A DNA stretch of 63,238 nucleotides, counting the filler, from Salisapilia sapeloensis CBS 127946 (lineage: Eukaryota > Protista > Oomycota), in the NCBI GenBank assembly GCA_023334545.1. It is 10 parts of 10 records of this genome, joined end to end, with 100 filler letters (N's around TTAATTAATTAA, not from the genome) between each part and the next. Parts side by side here need not be neighbours in the genome. Positions count along the whole stretch, not along the records: positions 47,848 to 57,272 come from JAADVB010000467.1; positions 57,373 to 58,819 come from JAADVB010001144.1; positions 58,920 to 60,172 come from JAADVB010001231.1; positions 60,273 to 61,707 come from JAADVB010001150.1; positions 61,808 to 63,238 come from JAADVB010001152.1; 5 more parts are not named here. One strand, 5' to 3'. Position numbers and translations under genes: made by a program. A model generated the notes under the pieces. The model worked only from the letters and a program-made list of their open reading frames with translations. It had not been told where the DNA came from and did no database searches. Of the stretch, positions 57,132 to 63,238 are shown piece after piece. Every line of letters begins with the position of its first letter. The stretch's first letter is position 1.

Positions 57132-57272
57132 ATTAAAAGATGTTGTTCACGAGTTTAGTCTGCGAGGATGCATTTCCGTTGGCGAATGCCTCATCTGCAT
57201 GCACGTGACGCAGTTGATACGTGGTATGAATGGCGGAGAAGGAGGTGAAGTTGGTTCTAAGCAGTGAAATGC
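57132..57272 (+). repeat. Inverted repeat B, right copy (141 bp, runs into gap 6); may contain the 5' end of the MFS gene (ATG 57230, MAEKEVKLVLSSEM)
   Basis: Exact reverse complement of 47848-47988. An open frame runs from ATG 57230 into the gap. Confidence 0.9.
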
Positions 57273-57372
57273 NNNNNNNNNNNNNNNNNNNNNNNNNNNN
57301 NNNNNNNNNNNNNNNNTTAATTAATTAANNNNNNNNNNNNNNNNNNNNNNNNNNNNNNNNNNNNNNNNNNNN
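57273..57372. other. Assembly gap spacer 6
   Basis: Same 100-nt linker. Confidence 0.97.
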
Positions 57373-58819
57373 GAGCACACCGATATGGTGCACAAAATCA
57401 CCGCACGCATCGATGCGATCGGTGAGAAGCACCCGGGCGTGGTCATGGGGCTCTCGTGGTGGTACATCCAGCTCATCTTCCTCTCCGGTATCGGTTGGGC
57501 CATGGACTCGATGGAAACCTTCATCTTCAACTACACCTTCCCGCTGATCCTCACGGACATCCCCATGTCGACGAACGAGAGCTCGTTCTTGATCGGTGCG
57601 GTCTTCGTCGGATCCTTTATCGGGTCGTTCCCGTTCGGAAACTGGGCTGACATGTTCGGACGCAGACTAATGTTCCTGGTCACGATGCTCATCTTCCTTG
57701 TCGGACTCGGACTATGTGGCGCGTCGTGGAACTATGCGTCCATCGTTGCCTTCCGTATCATCGGAGGCATCGGTCTCGGAGGCGAACTGCCAGTGGCGTC
57801 TACCTTGGTCCAGGAGCTGTCGCCGAAGAAGACTCGTGGCAAGATCATCGTTCTCCTAGAATCGTTCTGGGCCGTCGGTGTCATGCTCGCTGTCCTCCTC
57901 GCCTTTGGCCTTGCTCCGGAAATCGGGTGGCGTGAAACCTTTTGGGTCTGCCTCATCCCGGTCTTGTACGCCATCGTCATTCGTTTCTGGATCCCCGAGT
58001 CTCCCAAGTGGCTCGCTAGCGTCGGACGATACGAAGAGGCGATTGAGATCGTGGAGATGCTGGAGCGCAAGCACGACATGCCGCCCTACGTGGAAGAGTC
58101 GGAAGCACCGATGGAAGCCAACACGACGATGGGAGCACCCGAACTCCCAGACTCCCACCTCAAGCGCATCGAGCTTCTGTTCAAGCCTCCTTTCACCTGC
58201 CGCACGATCGTCCTGTGGACACTCTGGACAGGCATCTCGATTTCCTACTATGCTATCTTCATCTACCTGCCCGACCTCATTGCCCTCTCCGGCTACAACA
58301 TGAACGGAAGATGGGAAAACATCCTGATCATCACGACCTTCCAGCTGCCCGGATACTTTTCTGCTGCGGTTTTGGTAGAGTCTCTCGGTCGCCGCTTGAC
58401 GCTGGTTCTGTACTTGATGCTCTCGTTCGTCAGTGCGATTGCTCTCGGGTATGTTCCAGCAGAAGAGGCTCCGGTCATGATCACCGGCTGCATGCTCTCC
58501 TTCTTCCTACTTGGCGCGTGGGGATGCGTCTACTCGTACACGCCGGAGAACTACCCGACCGCCATTCGTGGCATGGGCTCCGCGTATCCGTCTGGCTTTA
58601 GCCGGATTGGCGCTTTCTGCGGACCGTATTTGTGCGCACACATGTTCCAGGTGTGGGAAATGAGCCTTCAGGGAATCATGTGGGTCTTTGGTGGTGTCTT
58701 GGTGGCCATCTCTATCATCGTCCTGGTCTTTGGATACGAGCCCAAGGGCAAAGATGTCGAATCGTGGACATCCGACAAACCTGTGGCAGATACACATTTC
58801 CAGGCTACCGAGACACCAA
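57373..58819 (+). CDS. Major facilitator superfamily transporter (SV2/NiaP-like), both ends touching gaps
   Basis: About 12 TM helices, with WADMFGRR motif A, RIIGGIGLGGELPV, ELSPKKTRG, PESPKWL, VESLGRR and PENYPTAIRG. Confidence 0.92.
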
Positions 58820-58919
58820 NNNNNNNNNNNNNNNNNNNNNNNNNNNNNNNNNNNNNNNNNNNNTTAATTAATTAANNNNNNNNNNNNNNNNNNNNNNNNN
58901 NNNNNNNNNNNNNNNNNNN
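58820..58919. other. Assembly gap spacer 7
   Basis: Same 100-nt linker. Confidence 0.97.
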
Positions 58920-60172
58920 CAGCGCACTGGCAGCCACCACGCGTTTGGACACCGAAGAGGTCGTTTAGTAGGGCACACACAAAGTTGTAGTGCAGGAACC
59001 GATCGCCGAAGCGAACCAAGAAGGAGAAAACAGGAAGCTGCTTCACATCCCTCCCATAGTCTCCCAACAGCACGATGTTCTCGTTCGACTGCAAAGACTT
59101 CTTCACCGTACTAAAGTACTCCTCCTCCACACGCATGATGGTCTGGGCGCCGATGCGCTGCTTGAACTCGAACGCGAGACCTAGTCGGATGCTGCCGATG
59201 ATGTCCGGAGTCCCACCTTCCTCGCGCTCAACTCGGTTCGAAAGATACCGGTGGTCCAGTTCCGTCACGAAGAAGACTGTGCCTCCACCAGGTCGAGTCG
59301 GAACGGCGTTGTCGAGCAATTTCTTCTTCACCACGAGGACGCCGGGAGACCCGGGACCACCAACAAACTTGTGCCCCGAGAAGAAGATCGCGTCCTTGTA
59401 CGCCAACGCCCTCGAGCTTCCGTCACCAGAAGACGGAAGGGATATCGGGTTCATGTCCATCGGAACGTACGGAGCACACGAAGCATAGTCCCAGCACGCC
59501 AGCGCACCGTAGGCATGTAGCAACGTGGAAATGCGGTCCGCGTCCGCCAAGACACCCGTGAGATTCGACGCTGCCGAGAACGCCCCGATCTTCAGAGGCC
59601 TCGAAGCGTACTTCTGAAGCTCCGCCTCCAGCTTCTGCTCATTCACTTGACCGGTCGCTTCCAACTCGGGCACACGAACGATATCCGCGCCGCTCTCTCG
59701 CCACGGCAACAGGTTCGAATGGTGCTCGAACGGACCCACGAACACCACTGGGCGCTGGCTAGGTCGACTCTCAGATGCCAATGTGGATACGCCCAGAGCC
59801 TGGATGAAAGTGGCGATGGCGCTCGTGGTTCCTTGGCCCGTGAACAGCACACAGTCGTCCGCTGCTCGACCCGTGATGCGAGCGTTCACAGCCTGCGCAA
59901 TGATCTGACGAGCTTCGTGTCGGAAGCAAGTCGTCTGCAGACCCGTCAGCGACGTTCCCGTGTGCGTGTTTCCGTACACCGGGAGCACCTCGTTCGTGAT
60001 GTAGTCCTCGATGCAGCTCAGGGACTTGCCACTGGCCGTATAATCTGCATAGCACAGTGCTCGACTGCCAAAGGGACTCTCGAAGAGCGTGTTCTTGCCA
60101 ATGACACTCTCTCGCACGAGGTCGAGGGTCTCGATTGACTTGCTCACTTGCACGTTGTTCTCGTCATCGGAC
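58920..60172 (-). CDS. Class-V PLP aminotransferase/cysteine-desulfurase-like protein, truncated at both ends by gaps
   Basis: YADYTASGK, GNTHT, GPFEHHSNLLPW, FSAASNLTG, WDYA, the PLP-lysine motif FSGHKFVGGPG, EEGGTP and RGGCQCA. Confidence 0.9.
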
Positions 60173-60272
60173 NNNNNNNNNNNNNNNNNNNNNNNNNNNN
60201 NNNNNNNNNNNNNNNNTTAATTAATTAANNNNNNNNNNNNNNNNNNNNNNNNNNNNNNNNNNNNNNNNNNNN
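60173..60272. other. Assembly gap spacer 8
   Basis: Same 100-nt linker. Confidence 0.97.
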
Positions 60273-60848
60273 AGATTCCACTGAGACCGGGACCACATAG
60301 TCGGTGCCCTGTTCGTACTAGATGGTCTAGGGTACTCCATCCGTCTTGGCCTTCTTGCGACAACTACTGTTGATCCGAACTTCCTATCGACAAGCCGATG
60401 GTGATAATCGGATCGCGGGGTTGTCAGACACGTATCGAGAATAGTGTCTGCTGACTGCATGTTTACACACTTCAGCTTCACTCCTTGCATACCTTTTGAT
60501 GCCGAGCTATTTACGCTCTCAAGCTGGGCATTCGATCGCAGCATTTTGCGAACAAACGAATATTTGACCTAGTGTGAGAAGCATTGTCAACCTGGAATGC
60601 ACCCCAAGCACTCTGAATATGTCGGAACACATCAACGTACTACCAGGAATGGAAACACGAAACGAAATGGTTAGTCAGGGCACCTTTACGTGTTCACATT
60701 AGTAGCAACATGGAATGCCTAGTACTCGACGAGCAATGTCTTTGGAAAGAAATGTACACATAATATCACTCGCTAATCTTGATGTGTGCCAGCTTGCAGT
60801 AGCATAACTGTACGCCCAACGAACGCAAGTAAGTGAAACGGGAGTTGC

Positions 60849-61622
60849 CTAGTTCACAATCGAGTCGATCCAGTCGCGCGCCACAGAGACGCGAGAGTAG
60901 ACGCCGGGGTAACCCTTTTGACCACAACCGGTGCCCCACGAGACGACGCCCACCTGCACACCATCTTTGTTCACCAGCGGTCCGCCAGAGTCACCTTGGC
61001 ACGAGTCCTCGCCGCCCACACCGCCAGCGCACACCATCGTGTCGTCAATGGCGAGCTTTTGACTGCATTCGTCGTTGGACATTAGCTCGACGTCGACGCC
61101 GAGTAGGACACTAGAAGTAGTCCCACCTTGGGACGTGGCGCCCCAGCCCATGACGGTGGCATCCTCGCCGACAGTGACGCCCGTATTGTCCGCACTGGCC
61201 AAGTCTACGGTCGGGAAGGAGCTTTCGCCGTCGAGCTCCAACAAGAGGAAGTCGTCGGAATGCTTATTCGCGTTATAATCTGGGTGGACCGTCTTCTTGG
61301 TCACAGCGAAGCTCTCTCCGCCAGAGCCATCGGCGTAGTGCGAGCCGACGGTGACGTAGTTGGCGTAGGCGGCGCAGTGAGCAGCACAGAGGGCAAACTT
61401 GGGCGCAATGAGGGAAGCGCCACAGACGTAGCTGCCACCTTTCGACTGGCTCACACCAGATACGTACTGGTGGGTACCGGCTGGAACCTCGGAGCCTCCG
61501 AGGATCAAAGGCTCCATGACGGTATCTTGGCTGGACGAAGACGTGTAGTTGTCATAGGTAACTTTTTCTGCGGCGGCCGTAGCGGCGAGCATCATGCTAG
61601 CGACGTAGAAGGCAGAGCGCAT
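60849..61622 (-). CDS. Secreted trypsin-like serine protease with an intact catalytic triad
   Basis: Signal peptide, ILGG mature start, CAAHC, DDFLLL, DSCQGDSGGP and GVVSWG. Confidence 0.93.
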   Translation of the reverse strand: MRSAFYVASMMLAATAAAEKVTYDNYTSSSSQDTVMEPLILGGSEVPAGTHQYVSGVSQSKGGSYVCGASLIAPKFALCAAHCAAYANYVTVGSHYADGSGGESFAVTKKTVHPDYNANKHSDDFLLLELDGESSFPTVDLASADNTGVTVGEDATVMGWGATSQGGTTSSVLLGVDVELMSNDECSQKLAIDDTMVCAGGVGGEDSCQGDSGGPLVNKDGVQVGVVSWGTGCGQKGYPGVYSRVSVARDWIDSIVN

Positions 61623-61661
61623 TTTCGACCGGTTCAAAAGTTGGAGCTTGTGCGTTCGAGC

Positions 61662-61677
61662 GTGGATTGAGAAGTGG
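61662..61677 (-). promoter_or_regulatory. Inr+FPR-like core promoter of the trypsin gene
   Basis: The minus strand reads CCACTTCTCAATCCAC, ~40 nt upstream of the ATG at 61622. Confidence 0.45.
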
Positions 61678-61707
61678 GCATGATGGTAACTTGGAGAGAT
61701 GCCGAAG

Positions 61708-61807
61708 NNNNNNNNNNNNNNNNNNNNNNNNNNNNNNNNNNNNNNNNNNNNTTAATTAATTAANNNNNNNNNNNNNNNNNNNNNNNNNNNNNNNNNNNNN
61801 NNNNNNN
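61708..61807. other. Assembly gap spacer 9
   Basis: Same 100-nt linker. Confidence 0.97.
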
Positions 61808-63238
61808 GGGAAAACATAGCTGGAATTCGTGTAAGCCACAAACTTTGGAAGCGTTCCAGCCTCGCTCTAGCTATCCTTTGATTTGGTTGTGGTCGGATAG
61901 CCATCAAAAGGAATTCTGAAGTATGAAAAGCAATGCGGCCGTCGAATGCGTAGTGATAACCCAGAATTACTCTCCTACGTTCTGGCAGGTAGCTGCATTG
62001 GTGTCAAGCAGAAGGTTTGCTGTTCAAGTTGCATTCAAGTGACTCTAGATCGGTGCTGGAAGGTCTAGCTATCTAATGGTAACCTGGAACAATACCATGG
62101 AAATTATCATGAATAGACTGACAGAATGCGAATTGACAATTTCTCTGAATACTGATTCAGCTCGACCACGGTTTAATTCATTTATTATTGTCTCTGGAGA
62201 GAAACAGATGAAAATGTATTCCTGAACAGACATGCTGTTGACAGTGGAGTACATGCAGAAACCTCTTTAAACGACGCCTTCGAAATTAACGCGTTGTGTA
62301 CATGCAGGGTGGTGGTCAAGCTAAAGCAAAATAGCTCGATAGCGTATACGAGCTTAAGATGAAACCATAGATCGTGTTGGCTTTCGCAGTCGATGAGAAG
62401 ATAGAACGGGTATCTACGAGGACGGAGGCATTGCTGCGATGGTCATTACTGGCGAGTTTCTATTTGAACTGAAATCAAGCCATCAAATAGAAACCTTTAG
62501 CGAGTCTTCACGTTGCGTGGGCGATGTGAACACCGCCGTGTACGAGGTCCTAGACGTATAACACGGCCTCCTTTGAGGCGAAGTAGGCCTTGCGAGACTG
62601 ACCTCGAGTCGTCAACAAGTAGATATCACAAAATAGCTCTTGTATATTTCTCTATTAATGTTAAAGCATAGTAGACGTACTCCCTTGCTCACCAATCTAC
62701 TCGTGAGCATTCACACTCCATCCTCTGGCCTTTCGCTCTCTAGCTTGAGGTGTGTTCCTACAAACTTCAAGTGAGCATACTTGAAAGGACGGATAGGTCC
62801 TCCAGCGAGCTCTCATGAGGCAAGAAATGATATGTAGAGCCTCTGGACCATTCCATTATACGCTTTGGAGTGCGCTCTATCTATCCATGTCAAAATTGGA
62901 CATTCGAAAATCAAAGGTTTTGGTGATCGACTCGCGATCGCTACCTCGTCCGCATGCTCCAGTGTTCGCTTGGTCCGCGACTTTTCGAGATCATACAAAG
63001 AGCTAATGAGTCCAGAATTCGCAACACTTTCCTTACAGTCGGCGTTGTCATTTTGAGTGACTAGCTTTTTGTATGCCTCGGACCTGCCAAGCCGCCAACA
63101 CAACATCCTCGAGCGCAAAACCCAAGGTAGCGAGCTCGAGTCGACGACCAAACTTTTGTCTTTCAAACTCCCAATTTTGGCACCTATGAGTAGAGAATGC
63201 TCAAGAGTGTCTAGTAGGCTGGTCTAGAGTGTCTACAA

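Noticed and set aside
36411-57272. Autonomous TIR transposons (Mutator/Polinton-like) defined by the inverted repeat pairs
   Set aside because: No transposase, integrase or polymerase lies inside, the enclosed genes are conserved housekeeping genes, and the outer ends and TSDs are hidden in gaps. Kept only as inverted repeats.
62813-63166. 117-aa minus-strand ORF near the window end
   Set aside because: No ATG-supported start or domain. A transposon remnant cannot be demonstrated by eye.
1-63238. tRNA, rRNA, snRNA or selenoprotein (SECIS) signals
   Set aside because: No cloverleaf with a T-loop GTTCRA in the proper context, no rRNA-like tracts and no conserved in-frame TGA were seen. A tRNAscan-SE/Infernal run would be needed to exclude them formally.

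Overview
Eukaryotic, gene-dense DNA, most likely from an oomycete (Pythium-like). The evidence is short GT-AG introns, Inr/FPR-like core promoters and family types typical of oomycetes. It is a draft scaffold broken by nine artificial 100-nt spacers (44 N + TTAATTAATTAA + 44 N), and several of these clearly hide kilobases of sequence. About 33 protein-coding genes or gene fragments can be supported: ABCC fragment, trehalase, C2HC zinc finger, KpsF/GutQ-like SIS isomerase, RPL27A, WD40 proteins, a kinase, a double AAA ATPase, a Myb/SANT-like protein, METTL16, two trypsin-fold proteins, duplicated secreted EEP genes, an LRR-multipass membrane protein, ATM1/ABCB7, a PDZ-like protein, a P1B-ATPase fragment, a BBOX-like dioxygenase, a P5-ATPase, an HTH-UPRT fusion, TRM6, a GPI-type Cys-rich protein, Coa1/Tim21-like, HAD-like, LRRC46-like, SPATA17-like, PITH, MFS and a class-V aminotransferase. 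No rRNA, tRNA, CRISPR or transposase was recognised. The most interesting signals are: (1) an HTH DNA-binding domain fused to a catalytically degenerate UPRT domain, a candidate nucleotide-sensing regulator; (2) an unannotated, highly diverged array of about nine ~210-bp units at ~36.8-38.7 kb; (3) two contigs each bracketed by perfect 141-bp inverted repeats running into gaps; (4) a bacterial-like arabinose-5-phosphate-isomerase-type SIS protein with an organellar-looking leader; (5) a P5-ATPase with a signal peptide and Cys-rich ectodomain; (6) several apparent pseudoenzymes. All family assignments come from motif recognition by eye, without database searches. Exon boundaries are manual estimates.
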